A stretch of DNA of 24,000 nt from Acetoanaerobium pronyense (GCF_017874355.1 NZ_JAGGLI010000033.1:8510-32509), one strand, 5' to 3'. Counted from the stretch's first letter, positions 1 to 9,682 are shown. A program made the numbers and translations. The notes: generated by a model not told the origin, from the letters alone.

Positions 1-408
1 TGGATGCTCTGCAAAAATACCATTTTGAAGCATTGCCGCTCCAAAGCCTCGTTCATTTGCACCATTATAAGTTGCTAATACGCAGAATTCTGCAGCATTC
101 CCACACAGCACTACAAAATCTATATTTTTTTCTTTTAATATTTCTTCTAAATTAGTCTTCCAAAAACTATTGCTGAACTTCTTTAAAATTTCTATATCAT
201 TATCCTCAACTATTAGTTCTTCTACATTCTGAAATGATTCATCATCTCCACTCTCTATATCTCTAACTATTATTACAGGTCTACTCGCTTCTCTAAACAA
301 TTTTGCTGTTTCGTTTATATATTCAAATGTATTTTCATATTCTCTTTCACCTTTTCTATGTCCTATAAAAGCTTCCTGTACATCAATTATTAGAAATGCC
401 ATATTCAT
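1..408 (-). CDS. isochorismatase-family cysteine hydrolase (partial; C-terminus lies beyond window start)
   Basis: Not in the ORF track because it runs off the window edge. Minus-strand translation from ATG 408..406 gives MNMAFLIIDVQEAFIGHRKGE...IDFVVLCGNAAEFCVLATYNGANERGFGAAMLQNGIFAEHP. SD GGGGGA at 420..415, 6 nt upstream. The N-terminal IIDVQ..F and the conserved Cys in 'EFCVLAT' are isochorismatase-family hallmarks. It starts 20 nt after the TetR stop, so it is probably co-transcribed. Confidence 0.7.
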   Translation of the reverse strand, partial: MNMAFLIIDVQEAFIGHRKGEREYENTFEYINETAKLFREASRPVIIVRDIESGDDESFQNVEELIVEDNDIEILKKFSNSFWKTNLEEILKEKNIDFVVLCGNAAEFCVLATYNGANERGFGAAMLQNGIFAEHP

Positions 409-428
409 TACAATTCCCCCTTAAATAC

Positions 429-986
429 TTATATTCCTAATGTCTTTAAAAAAGCCTCCATTATCTCTTCATACTCCTCTAACATAGGACGGTGAATATC
501 TTCTCCTAAATATTTTTTTAATCCTCCTTCTTTCAAAAATATATATTGAATAGGTGCAACCACCTGCACCGCAAGATACTTGATTTCTTTTTCAGATAGA
601 TGTGGCTTTATATCTCTCAATAACCCTAAGATTGTCTCTGGTGTACTAAATCTCTCACTATTTAGCCCATCTTTAATAAGTATTGCAGAATATTTTTGAT
701 ATTTGCATACCACAATTGCCATAGCCTTTAAAAAAGTTCGAAGCTGCTCTTTCGGTGTGTCATTTTGATTTGACAATTCTTGAAACGCTTCAGCCGCTGC
801 ACTATCAATAATAGAAGAGATTGCTGCAACAATAAGGTTCCACTTGCTCCCAAAGTGATAATTTATAAGCCCTGTAGATATATGCGCCTCATATGCTATT
901 TGCCTAATGGTTAATTCTTCCACATCAAATTCATCATCAAGCAGATCTATGACTGATTTGATTAGTAGTGTTTTTATGTCAGGCAT
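429..986 (-). CDS. TetR/AcrR family transcriptional regulator
   Basis: 185 aa. The N-terminal HTH 'LTIRQIAYEAHISTGLINYHFGSKWNLI' is the classic TetR signature. GGAGGA SD in the 12-nt gap after the upstream hydrolase stop. Confidence 0.85.
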   Translation of the reverse strand: MPDIKTLLIKSVIDLLDDEFDVEELTIRQIAYEAHISTGLINYHFGSKWNLIVAAISSIIDSAAAEAFQELSNQNDTPKEQLRTFLKAMAIVVCKYQKYSAILIKDGLNSERFSTPETILGLLRDIKPHLSEKEIKYLAVQVVAPIQYIFLKEGGLKKYLGEDIHRPMLEEYEEIMEAFLKTLGI

Positions 987-998
987 ATATTTCCTCCT

Positions 999-1970
999 TT
1001 AATTCGCCTTATCAAAAAAGCCCCTTATCGTTTCTGAAATTTCATCATGATGACTAAAAAACATATGTCCACCTTCTTCAAAAGATAGTAAAGTAGAGTT
1101 TGGGATTTTTCCATGGGTATACTCTGCATAATAAAAAGGCTGCAGTGTATCATCCTTGGCATGAACTACTAGTGTTGGAGCATTTATCTTCCAAATCGGA
1201 TAATCCTTTGATGATAACTCTGCAAATTGTACATTTGCATTATAAATTCCATTTTTTCTAAGGGATATTGGATTCATAATGCTAAAGAATTCTCTAGCCA
1301 TTTCTATCTCATCTTTTGTCATTTTTTGCTGAACCTCCTTGGATACTCCAAGAACATTCATTAAATCAGACTGAATATATTTTGTAATCATCCAAAATAA
1401 AAAATCATTTTCAAATATTGTCCCAAATACTGCCGATTGCACAAAAGTTAATTTTGGTGGCGTCTTGCTTTTTGCACATATCATTGTAAGTGATTTTACA
1501 CGCTCAGGATAATTGATACTAAACTTGAGTCCAGAAGGTCCTCCATCAGATACTGCCACTACATGAACTTTATCTATTCCTAATTTGTCTAGCAGTCCTC
1601 TATACATTGCCGCTTGATTCTCAGGTGTTGGATTTTGCGAAAGTGGTGTGTTTAGATATCCAAACCTAGAAACTGCTATAATCATATTATCTTTTGGCAA
1701 AAATCTATCTGCGAGTAATAGGCCTTGATCGTATCCTCCGCCCGCTCCATGAATTATTAAAACAGGAACCCCGCTTCCAATAATTGAATATTCAATTATT
1801 TCTCCTTCCACTTCAGTCATCATGCTTTTAGTTTTGATTTTATCAATCTGTTCTATTTTGTCTTTTGAAAACTCCTTGTACTGTGCTGTTAAAAAAATAG
1901 CTGCTAAGCCTATTCCTCCAAGTGCGATTAAAAGTATTAACCTTTTAAAATTTTTATTAACTTTACTCAT
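999..1970 (-). CDS. membrane-anchored alpha/beta-fold hydrolase
   Basis: 323 aa. N-terminal hydrophobic helix (LILLIALGGIGLAAIFL). Oxyanion-type 'IIHGAGGG', nucleophile elbow 'AVSDGG', C-terminal 'GGHMFF' His. SD GGAGAAGGA just upstream of the ATG. Confidence 0.8.
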   Translation of the reverse strand: MSKVNKNFKRLILLIALGGIGLAAIFLTAQYKEFSKDKIEQIDKIKTKSMMTEVEGEIIEYSIIGSGVPVLIIHGAGGGYDQGLLLADRFLPKDNMIIAVSRFGYLNTPLSQNPTPENQAAMYRGLLDKLGIDKVHVVAVSDGGPSGLKFSINYPERVKSLTMICAKSKTPPKLTFVQSAVFGTIFENDFLFWMITKYIQSDLMNVLGVSKEVQQKMTKDEIEMAREFFSIMNPISLRKNGIYNANVQFAELSSKDYPIWKINAPTLVVHAKDDTLQPFYYAEYTHGKIPNSTLLSFEEGGHMFFSHHDEISETIRGFFDKAN

Positions 1971-1985
1971 TTTCCTTCTCCTTTC

Positions 1986-1999
1986 TTGAACGTGTTCAA
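1986..1999. promoter_or_regulatory. perfect 14-bp palindrome TTGAAC-GT-GTTCAA; candidate TetR operator
   Basis: Seen directly in the sequence. It lies between the predicted -10 (2014..2009) and the SD of the hydrolase/TetR/isochorismatase operon, which is the typical position for a TetR-type autoregulatory operator. Confidence 0.45.
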
Positions 2000-2008
2000 C
2001 TTAGGATA

Positions 2009-2037
2009 AGTATAGTCTTGAAAACAAGTAAAATCAA
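2009..2037 (-). promoter_or_regulatory. sigma-A-type promoter for the minus-strand hydrolase-TetR-isochorismatase operon
   Basis: Read on the minus strand: TTGATT (2037..2032), 17-nt spacer, TATACT (2014..2009). The palindrome starts 9 nt downstream. Confidence 0.4.
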
Positions 2038-2275
2038 TCAATCTTAGTTCAAATCGAATCCATTGAAAACTCTATGGTGTAGCTATTTGTTCAGCTCATT
2101 TTATAGCTATTTTGGAATCTATTAATATCATCCATATTATTCCCATATAAATCATTGATAAGAAAATCCAAATAGACTCTTACTTAGTTGGAGTACTTAA
2201 AACTTTATTCATGTTATACTTAGTTTAATATAAAACTATTTTTTTATAAACTGTTTTTATAAGGGAGGACTTAAC

Positions 2276-3280
2276 ATGAATAATAATTTCAAGGCAATGT
2301 TAGTATCCGAAACCGAGACAAAAGAATTTCATAGAGAAATTGTAACTAGAGAAATCAAAGATTTACCAGAAGGAGATATATTAATAAATGTGAAATATTC
2401 TTCACTAAACTACAAAGATGCCCTGTCTGCTACAGGAAGCCCAGGAGTCACAAGAAATTATCCCCATACACCGGGAATTGATGCTGCAGGAATTGTAGCA
2501 GAAAGTAATGATGATAATCTAAGAGCTGGAGATAAGGTACTCGTAACTGGGTATGATTTGGGAATGAATACATCTGGTGGCTATGGAGAATATATTAGGG
2601 TTCCTGCTAGCTGGGTTGTCAAACTTCCTGAAAATCTTTCTTTAAGAGAAAGTATGATATTTGGTACAGCTGGTTTTACTGCTGCACTCTCAGTTTATAA
2701 ACTAGTAAATTCAGGGGTTAAACCTCAAGATGGAGATATTTTAGTCACGGGTGCAACTGGCGGAGTGGGTAGCACAGCTGTTTCAATTTTAAATAAAATT
2801 GGATATAGCGTAATTGGGGCTACAGGAAAAACTAATGAAAAAGAAATGCTAATTGAAATTGGAGCAAAAGATATAATTGATAGAAAAGAGATAGATGATG
2901 CTTCTGGAAGAGCTCTTCTTAAAGGTAGATGGGCCGGTGTCATAGACACAGTAGGGGGAAATATCCTAGCAACAGCCATTAAATCAACTAATTATGGTGG
3001 CAGTGTAACGTGTTGCGGAAATGTTTCAGCTCATGAATTTTCAACTTCTGTTTATCCTTTTATTTTACGTGGAGTTACGCTCTTTGGAGTTGATTCTGTT
3101 CAGTGTCCTATGGACACTAGGCTTAAGATTTGGGATAAGCTTGCTTCAGATTGGAAGCCGGACAATTTAAATGATAATGTAGATGAGGTATCTTTAGAGG
3201 AGTTAATTAAAAAGATAGATATTATATTAGAGGGTAAAAACAAAGGCAGGACTATAGTGAATCTTGATTATAGTGAATAA
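2276..3280 (+). CDS. YhdH/YhfP (AcuI-like) NADPH-dependent quinone/acrylyl-CoA oxidoreductase, MDR superfamily
   Basis: 334 aa. 'FKAMLV...DLPEGDILINVKYSSLNYKDALSATG...PHTPGIDAAGIV' and the Rossmann motif 'VTGATGGVGSTAV' match the zinc-independent YhdH/AcuI subfamily. Strong SD AAGGGAGGA. Confidence 0.8.
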   Translation: MNNNFKAMLVSETETKEFHREIVTREIKDLPEGDILINVKYSSLNYKDALSATGSPGVTRNYPHTPGIDAAGIVAESNDDNLRAGDKVLVTGYDLGMNTSGGYGEYIRVPASWVVKLPENLSLRESMIFGTAGFTAALSVYKLVNSGVKPQDGDILVTGATGGVGSTAVSILNKIGYSVIGATGKTNEKEMLIEIGAKDIIDRKEIDDASGRALLKGRWAGVIDTVGGNILATAIKSTNYGGSVTCCGNVSAHEFSTSVYPFILRGVTLFGVDSVQCPMDTRLKIWDKLASDWKPDNLNDNVDEVSLEELIKKIDIILEGKNKGRTIVNLDYSE

Positions 3281-3294
3281 ATATATAATTTTTC

Positions 3295-3337
3295 AAAAAT
3301 GGACCTACTATTACTCAAGTAGTAGGTCCATTCTTTA
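3295..3337. terminator. bidirectional intrinsic terminator between convergent genes
   Basis: 12-bp perfect stem ATGGACCTACTA (3299..3310) / TAGTAGGTCCAT (3320..3331). An A-run precedes it and a T-rich tract follows. Confidence 0.6.
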
Positions 3338-3423
3338 TGGTCTTTATATTATCAACCTATCAAAAATCTAAATTCAAGATACTTTTCTTTAGCTTTAGAT
3401 TCATTAACCAAAATATATGATTA

Positions 3424-4314
3424 TTACCCTTTTGAATTCTCACTTTTAATTAATGCTATCCAAACTTCCTGATGATTATCCTGCATATACGACTCAATAA
3501 CAGGAAGGTCAGCTAGTTCATACCCTGAGTTTGGTAGCCACTCAGTATAAAACTGCTTATATATTTGCTGTACTGCCTCAGGAAGCTCTCCATTGGCTTC
3601 AAACACAGCCCATTTACAAGGTGGATAGCTAAATTCTTCCATTCCATCAGCTGGAGGTACATAGGTGCACTCTGGTCTATCCACATAGTTTGTAACTCCT
3701 AATATATAGTCCATTTCTTCAGATTCTCCCCACTGGCCACCCGAAGATATCCCTAAAAATCCAGCTGGTGCATAATCTACCTTTTGAAAAAATTCCATAA
3801 AAGCATTCATCGTCCCGTCTTGCCAAGCTTTTTCCCATATTCTAGGTATAGCCTCAAAAGCACTTGATGTGTTAATTCTATTTGATACACCTACTACCTT
3901 AAATCCTGGAAACTCTTCAATTCTATAATTCATATGCTTCTCTCCTTTTATGGTTATTTGGAAAGAAAGTTTAGGACATGATTTTAGCTGAGCTGTTTCA
4001 TTTCGAACAATAGAAGGCAGTACGCCATGATAATTTCTAAAAGCTCTAGAAAACGCATCTTGAGATTCATATCCGTACTTTAAGGAAATATCAATAATAC
4101 GCTCATTGGTATTTAGAACATCAAATGCTGAAAGAGTTAATCTTCTATTTCTTATATATTCAGATAAAGGCTTATCTGCAATATATGAAAACATCCTCTG
4201 AAAATTATATATAGAGCATCCAGCAATTTTTGATATCTTTTCATATGAAATTTCACCCGTGAGATTATCTTCAATATAATCTATTGCCTCATTAAGCTGC
4301 TTAATCCAGTCCAT
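3424..4314 (-). CDS. AraC-family transcriptional regulator with C-terminal GyrI-like small-molecule-binding domain
   Basis: 296 aa. N-terminal AraC HTH pair (ISKIAGCSIYNFQRMFS...ISLKYGYESQDAFSRAFRNYHG). The C-terminal ~150 aa (EFPGFKVVG...WAVFE...IESY) is typical of the GyrI-like/Rob effector domain. Confidence 0.85.
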   Translation of the reverse strand: MDWIKQLNEAIDYIEDNLTGEISYEKISKIAGCSIYNFQRMFSYIADKPLSEYIRNRRLTLSAFDVLNTNERIIDISLKYGYESQDAFSRAFRNYHGVLPSIVRNETAQLKSCPKLSFQITIKGEKHMNYRIEEFPGFKVVGVSNRINTSSAFEAIPRIWEKAWQDGTMNAFMEFFQKVDYAPAGFLGISSGGQWGESEEMDYILGVTNYVDRPECTYVPPADGMEEFSYPPCKWAVFEANGELPEAVQQIYKQFYTEWLPNSGYELADLPVIESYMQDNHQEVWIALIKSENSKG

Positions 4315-4474
4315 ATTCTCTCATCCACTTTATATAGAGCATATAATAATTAAATTGAATCAGCTCGACATACTGTGCCGCATCTTATCGGTTGTAAACA
4401 TATATGTTAGCCTATATTTAATTATATTCTAAAATTTCTCTTATTTAAAATATACGTTTAATCTTACTAGGTTT

Positions 4475-5701
4475 TTAATTAAATATTGGAGTCCTAGGTT
4501 CTCTAAAATTTCCTCTTCCTCTCATTTGATTTTGAGTGATTTGTGTGATTTTTTGACCGTTTACAGTTACGTCTCCTCCATTTAAGATGGCTACTCCGTC
4601 GGAGTCAAAAGCGGAAACTGCCTCTATATTGATAGTCCCTGCATTAATTGTAATATCTCCATTTGAGTCAAAAGCATCTGTATCTCCACTTGCCATTTTT
4701 ATATTGATGTTTCCCCCGTTCACTTCAATAAATACCTTATGATTAGTCTTTTGAGCTACATTTATGCCATCATCTTTTGCATATATATTTATATCTCCTC
4801 CGTTTATTTTGATGCTTGTTGCTTCTATTCCTTCTTCGCAACTTTCTATATTTATGATGCCTTCATCTATTTGAACAAGACTATTCCCTCTTATCGCATC
4901 ATCTCCTGCTATGATATTTAATGTTCCATTTTTGATATAGATATATCCAAGTGAATCATTTTCATTGTTTTCACTATGAAGTCCATCCTTACCAGCATCT
5001 AAATTTAAAGTCCCATCATAAATGCGGATTGAATCATTGGCCTCTAAAGTATGTCCCTTTGACTTTATGTTGTAGGTTCCTCCAGTGATTTTCAAATCAT
5101 CCTTTGAGCTTATCCCATTGCCTTGTGTTGATTCAATTTCTAAAACTCCAGTTCCATTAAAAGTGATATCTTCCTTTGAAAATATAACTGCATCTAAATT
5201 TGTCTCTTCATCTGCTGCGAAATATCCTGAAACCTCCATATAGTTATTACTCTCCGTAGTTGTTACAAACACCTTGTCTGCTGACTTTACATAGATTGCA
5301 GGAGAACTTTCATTTATTATTCTCACACCCGCAAGAACTAGTTGAACTTTTTCTTCCTTTGAGGTCTCCACTCTTACGGTTACGTTTTTTACATCTCCTT
5401 TTAATACATATATGCCTTCTTTATCTATTACAATATCTTTCCCACTCTCAAGAACTATATTTGTCCCAGCTTCAAGATCTGCCTCATGCTTTAAATCTCT
5501 ATTACTAAAAAGGTCTGAGGTATCAAGCTCAAACTCCAGTTCAGAAGAAGCTAATTGATTTGAAGGCATTTTAGTCTCTATTTTTTGGGTATTTATGGGA
5601 TTTTCTTTGGGTATTTCTGCATTCGTGCATCCACCTGCTGATACACTAAGAAATATAGCCAAAGAAAGAGCAGTTACTGTTTTAATACTTTTACTTTTCA
5701 T
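4475..5701 (-). CDS. lipoprotein with Cthe_2159-type (PF14262-like) beta-helix carbohydrate-binding domain
   Basis: 408 aa. Signal peptide with lipobox LSVSAGG-C. Repetitive beta-helix rungs (KVQLVLAGVRIINESSPAIYVKSADKVFV; DAVIFSKEDITFNGTG; KDDLKITGGTYNI; GGDINIYAKDDGINV; NGDITINAGTINIE). SD AGGAG. Confidence 0.65.
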   Translation of the reverse strand: MKSKSIKTVTALSLAIFLSVSAGGCTNAEIPKENPINTQKIETKMPSNQLASSELEFELDTSDLFSNRDLKHEADLEAGTNIVLESGKDIVIDKEGIYVLKGDVKNVTVRVETSKEEKVQLVLAGVRIINESSPAIYVKSADKVFVTTTESNNYMEVSGYFAADEETNLDAVIFSKEDITFNGTGVLEIESTQGNGISSKDDLKITGGTYNIKSKGHTLEANDSIRIYDGTLNLDAGKDGLHSENNENDSLGYIYIKNGTLNIIAGDDAIRGNSLVQIDEGIINIESCEEGIEATSIKINGGDINIYAKDDGINVAQKTNHKVFIEVNGGNINIKMASGDTDAFDSNGDITINAGTINIEAVSAFDSDGVAILNGGDVTVNGQKITQITQNQMRGRGNFREPRTPIFN

Positions 5702-6025
5702 TGATAAACACTCCTTTTATAATTCATAAAAATTTTATTAGACATATATCTTGTTGAATCCTATTTCAATAATATTCCTCAAACCTTAAATTAACCTTAA
5801 AGACTTTGGATTGATTGTATAGAAAATATTATCATTTATTAAATTCCATTTATTAACATATATAACTCTGAATAGTTTTAAAAATATTCAAGGTGGGTAA
5901 ATTAATCTCAAACAGAACTTCAATCAAAATCTTACATAATATATCAGCATTCTTAATTTGCCTTGGAAATATGTAAATGCTTCAAATGTTTCTTTACCTA
6001 ATGTTAGAATATGAGGAGGATTCAA

Positions 6026-6901
6026 ATGAATAAAATCAGTCATTCTATAATCATCAAAGCAAGACCAGAAGTCATATGGGAAACAATTATAGACCCTATT
6101 AAATACGTAAAATGGACCTATGTGTTCACTGAAGGATCGTACTTTGAAGGAGGCTGGAATGAAGGAGATTCTATTCATTTTCTTGTTGAAACAGAAGAAG
6201 ACAAGCTAGAGGGAATGGCTGCAGAAATTGCAGAAATCAGATATCCTGAATTCATATCAATAAGACAAATAGGATATGTATCAGATGGACTAGTTGATAC
6301 TACCAGTGATAGCGTAAAAGAATGGGCTCCTGCCTATGAAAACTATACTTTGAATTTAATTGACGAGCATCACACAAAATTCACAGTAGATGTAGAGACT
6401 CAGGATGAATACACAGAGATGTTTGATGATGTATGGCCGAAAGCTCTGGAGCTACTAAAGGATATTAGCGAGGCTACTCAGGATAAGCCTATGAAAATCA
6501 CTATTAAAACTACTATTCCAAAACCCTTAGAAGCTGTATGGAAATGCTTCACAATCGATGACCATATCACGAAATGGAATTTTGCATCAGACGAATGGCA
6601 CTGCCCTAAAGCAGTAAATAATCTCAAAGAAGGGGATATTTTCGACTATATTATGGCATCAAAAGACGGAAAAGCTTCTTTTCATTTTCAGGGAAAATAC
6701 ACTAAAATAGTTCCACACAAACAGATATCCTATGTTCTTGATGATAAAAGAGAAGTAGATATATACTTTAATGAAAAAAATGGAGAGGTAGAGGTAGAGG
6801 AAACCTTTGAAGCAGAAAGCACCCATAGCTATATAGAGCAAAGACAGGGCTGGCAAGCTATATTAGACAACTTTGGAAATTATGTAAAAGAAAATCTTTA
6901 A
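6026..6901 (+). CDS. tandem SRPBCC (AHSA1/START-like) domain protein
   Basis: The track ORF starts at 6011, but its codons 2-3 are the SD AGGAGG (6014..6019). The ATG at 6026 (MNKISHSIIIKARPEVIWETI...) sits 6 nt downstream. Two SRPBCC halves are present; the second begins at MKITIKTTIPKPLEAVWKCF. Confidence 0.75.
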   Translation: MNKISHSIIIKARPEVIWETIIDPIKYVKWTYVFTEGSYFEGGWNEGDSIHFLVETEEDKLEGMAAEIAEIRYPEFISIRQIGYVSDGLVDTTSDSVKEWAPAYENYTLNLIDEHHTKFTVDVETQDEYTEMFDDVWPKALELLKDISEATQDKPMKITIKTTIPKPLEAVWKCFTIDDHITKWNFASDEWHCPKAVNNLKEGDIFDYIMASKDGKASFHFQGKYTKIVPHKQISYVLDDKREVDIYFNEKNGEVEVEETFEAESTHSYIEQRQGWQAILDNFGNYVKENL

Positions 6902-6910
6902 GACAAATCA

Positions 6911-6940
6911 AAAAGACAAGGGAAATCCTCTTGTCTTTTT
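6911..6940. terminator. intrinsic terminator (bidirectional geometry)
   Basis: AAAAGACAAG (6911..6920) pairs with CTTGTCTTTT (6930..6939). Core stem GACAAG/CTTGTC is flanked by an A-run and a T-run. Confidence 0.6.
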
Positions 6941-6977
6941 AGCGCTCTAAAACCACATATTTGAATATTCTCTTGTC

Positions 6978-7685
6978 TTAATCAGGGTAAATAATCTCCA
7001 TATCAGGTTTTTCAGTGCAAAAATAATGTACCCATATATATGCATGTTGAAATATTGCTACAATTAACGCAGGTTGAGAGCCTTGAAATAAGGCAATCGA
7101 CCATAATAAAAGAAATGCAAATGAATACATCGAATTACTGCTGAATCTAAAAATTCCTTCTTTTACTAAAGGCATTTTTCTATAAGAAAGGCGAAAATGA
7201 TCAGCACCTAAAGCCCTAATTAATCCAAAATATCTAAAAACTGACCAAAGAGTGTATATGGCTGGAATTGCCAAAATAAATCCAATTGAAAAGGCAATGT
7301 TTTGTGGCAAAGCTAAAGTGTTTGAGCTAGAGCGAGCTAGCCCCAAAATAATAATAACCCTCGCTATAAGAAAAGGTAAAAAAACAATTGCCCACACTAA
7401 TAAATCATACTTCCCAAATAACTTTGTTAAAAAGCCCCACCCTAGCTGACCTCTAAAAACTATCCATACCACCACTTGATGAACAATAGGCACTCCTACT
7501 GCAAACCAAAACCAGGTAATATCGGTAATTCCCATCCACGACCCCTCCCCCATTACAGGAATTGCAAAAGACCATGTGATTGGAACTAATATTAAGACAG
7601 CAAATAAGCTCCAAATCTGCCTATGAAAGAAATACTTTAATGTGCGAGCTTCTTTATATTCAACAGGCAATTTATCAGATTTCAT
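6978..7685 (-). CDS. polytopic membrane protein, ICMT/PEMT-like methyltransferase family
   Basis: 235 aa, about 6 hydrophobic helices. The C-terminal 'LVKEGIFRFSSNSMYSFAFLLLW' resembles the L-x-T-x-G-x-Y-x-x-x-R-H-P-x-Y motif region of isoprenylcysteine carboxyl / phospholipid methyltransferases. SD GGAGGT. Confidence 0.5.
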   Translation of the reverse strand: MKSDKLPVEYKEARTLKYFFHRQIWSLFAVLILVPITWSFAIPVMGEGSWMGITDITWFWFAVGVPIVHQVVVWIVFRGQLGWGFLTKLFGKYDLLVWAIVFLPFLIARVIIILGLARSSSNTLALPQNIAFSIGFILAIPAIYTLWSVFRYFGLIRALGADHFRLSYRKMPLVKEGIFRFSSNSMYSFAFLLLWSIALFQGSQPALIVAIFQHAYIWVHYFCTEKPDMEIIYPD

Positions 7686-7785
7686 AATGCATACCTCCGA
7701 TATTTAATCATCCTAACAGATTTTATAACATATATATTTTTCTTATACCCACTAAAAAATTACTCTGTATTTGTTAAAAAGATTA

Positions 7786-8922
7786 TTATTTACTATGATT
7801 TTTTATCCATTTCGCCATCACATCAAGAGCAAGACCAAAGTTCCCTATCTGGCAATGATTATGTCCCTGGTCATCTCTAGTAAAGATTCGCTCTGTAATT
7901 GACTTTGCATTTGTAAGTGCCTTTACCTGCTTATGGTGCATTTTTAGAGGAATAAAATGGTCTTCTTCACCAGTAAGAATAAGGACATCTTGCTTTACTA
8001 AATCCGAATGAAGGTTCTCTTCACTTAGCTCTAAAATCATTTTGCTGGCATCTAAAGGAGTATCCTTTTTTGTAATATACATAAGATTATATATCCCCCA
8101 TTTTTCTTGGGGCATTTTTTTCATTTTCAATTCCGCTAAATAATTCATTAGCTTTGGATATTTGAAAAGAAATCTTGCAAATGATGCAATAAATTTAGGA
8201 GGAATCTGCATATAATCAAATGCAATGCTTGATGCAATTACCCTTTTAATTCTTGGCTCAAAAGCCGATGCTCTAAGGCAAAGCCATCCGCCCATAGATA
8301 TCCCTATTAATGTCACATCATCCAAATTAAAGTAATCAAGAATAGCTTTTATAGGCTTTTCCCACTCATGGGTAAGGGGAAGATTGTACTTTTTTAAAGT
8401 GGCCCCTTGACCTGGACCTTCAAACATAATAACTTCATATCCTAAGTTAGAAAAATATACTGCCATAGAATAAAATTCTTCTATGAATGAGTCAAACCCT
8501 CCATGAATAACAATTTGTCCTTTAGTCGTATCCATTCTTGATGGAACTTTCATTGAAGACAAATAACCATCTTCATAAGGTACTAAAACTCTTTCTATAT
8601 CGTCATTGGCAAATACATTATTATAAAATAAATCTATAAACTTATCATATAGCTTTAGCTTGTCAGGGTCAGATGGTAAGGTGAAAAATTCAGCCGCCCT
8701 ATAATAAAAGGCTCCGTTCATTGTTCTTCCTTCAGCAAGAGCTTTCTCTGCCTGTCTTATCATTTCTTCTTTCCAATCATCAGCTGTATTAATCCTTTTC
8801 CCTGCCTCTACCATATCTTCTAATCTCGCGTATCCAAAAGAATGCCATCTATTGAGCTGAAACTCTATGATTTTAATTTTATGCAAATTGTAATAGCCTA
8901 CCGGGAAATCAAATCTATCCAT
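7786..8922 (-). CDS. alpha/beta-fold hydrolase with N-terminal helical domain
   Basis: The track start at 8943 reads through the SD GGAGGG (8934..8929). The ATG at 8922 (MDRFDFPVGYY...) is 6 nt downstream. Nucleophile elbow GISMGG, 'GEEDHFIP' Asp and 'QGHNHCQ' His. Confidence 0.75.
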   Translation of the reverse strand: MDRFDFPVGYYNLHKIKIIEFQLNRWHSFGYARLEDMVEAGKRINTADDWKEEMIRQAEKALAEGRTMNGAFYYRAAEFFTLPSDPDKLKLYDKFIDLFYNNVFANDDIERVLVPYEDGYLSSMKVPSRMDTTKGQIVIHGGFDSFIEEFYSMAVYFSNLGYEVIMFEGPGQGATLKKYNLPLTHEWEKPIKAILDYFNLDDVTLIGISMGGWLCLRASAFEPRIKRVIASSIAFDYMQIPPKFIASFARFLFKYPKLMNYLAELKMKKMPQEKWGIYNLMYITKKDTPLDASKMILELSEENLHSDLVKQDVLILTGEEDHFIPLKMHHKQVKALTNAKSITERIFTRDDQGHNHCQIGNFGLALDVMAKWIKNHSK

Positions 8923-9234
8923 CTTCTTCCCTCCTAATTTCATTTACCTTAAAGTTTCATTTCAGTTAAGTATTTATCTATATTATACTCTTTTTTTAAT
9001 TAAGCAATCCCAATTGAGATAGTCTTAAAAACTTTTTAATTTAAAACCCCATTTTTTCTTCCACAATGAATAATCTCATTCTGTCTGGTTCAAATTATAC
9101 TTCTATTTCCATATATAGCCCCAAGATACCTTCCAATACTCTTATCTCTTTATGCTATACTATTAGAAAATATATTTTTATAGTTTTCTCTTAGTAAGTT
9201 GAATTTAGATTAATATAACTATTGGAGGTTTTGG

Positions 9235-9666
9235 ATGAATCAGAATTATCTAGACAATCTTATTGAATATTTTAGGAGATACAACAAAAAATCCCCCTTT
9301 GAAAGCTTCTTCAACATTGAAGTCGATGAGCTAAAAGAGGGAAAAAGCGTATATAAGATAAATACAGATGAAAAACACACAAACAGATATGAATATGTAC
9401 ATGGCGGTACCTTGTCATCCCTATGTGACGTAGCAATGGGAGCTGCATGTATTACCCTTGGGAAAAAAATCGTGACTATTGATATGAGCGTAAGTTATTT
9501 AAAGCCTACACCAAAGGGAGCAGTATTGACTGTAATAGGTGAGGTAGTAAGTAGGGGAAGCACTATCATCCATACAGAGGGTAAGATTTTTGATGAAGAA
9601 GGTCAGCTTCTTGTAAAGTCCCATGGAGCCTACTATATAAAAGGGGATTTTGAAATAAAAGAGTAA
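9235..9666 (+). CDS. PaaI-family hotdog-fold thioesterase
   Basis: 143 aa. 'NRYEYVHGGTLSSLCDVAMGAA' is the PaaI/4HBT-II signature. SD GGAGG. Confidence 0.85.
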   Translation: MNQNYLDNLIEYFRRYNKKSPFESFFNIEVDELKEGKSVYKINTDEKHTNRYEYVHGGTLSSLCDVAMGAACITLGKKIVTIDMSVSYLKPTPKGAVLTVIGEVVSRGSTIIHTEGKIFDEEGQLLVKSHGAYYIKGDFEIKE

Positions 9667-9682
9667 TCATTATATGAAAATA

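Noticed and set aside
1986-1999. TTGAACGTGTTCAA as a LexA/DinR (Cheo) SOS box
   Set aside because: The Firmicutes SOS box is GAAC-N4-GTTC, and here the half-sites are separated by only 2 nt. The context, upstream of a TetR-containing operon, favours a TetR operator.
4397-4408. 12-bp palindrome AACATATATGTT upstream of the AraC-family gene
   Set aside because: It is almost purely A/T and short, so it is plausible by chance in this composition. No second copy or promoter overlap could be established.
1971-9234. Riboswitch or structured ncRNA in the long intergenic regions (1971..2275, 5702..6025, 8923..9234)
   Set aside because: These are uniformly AT-rich, with no conserved-looking GC-paired helices or known riboswitch cores. 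They look like ordinary divergent promoter regions.
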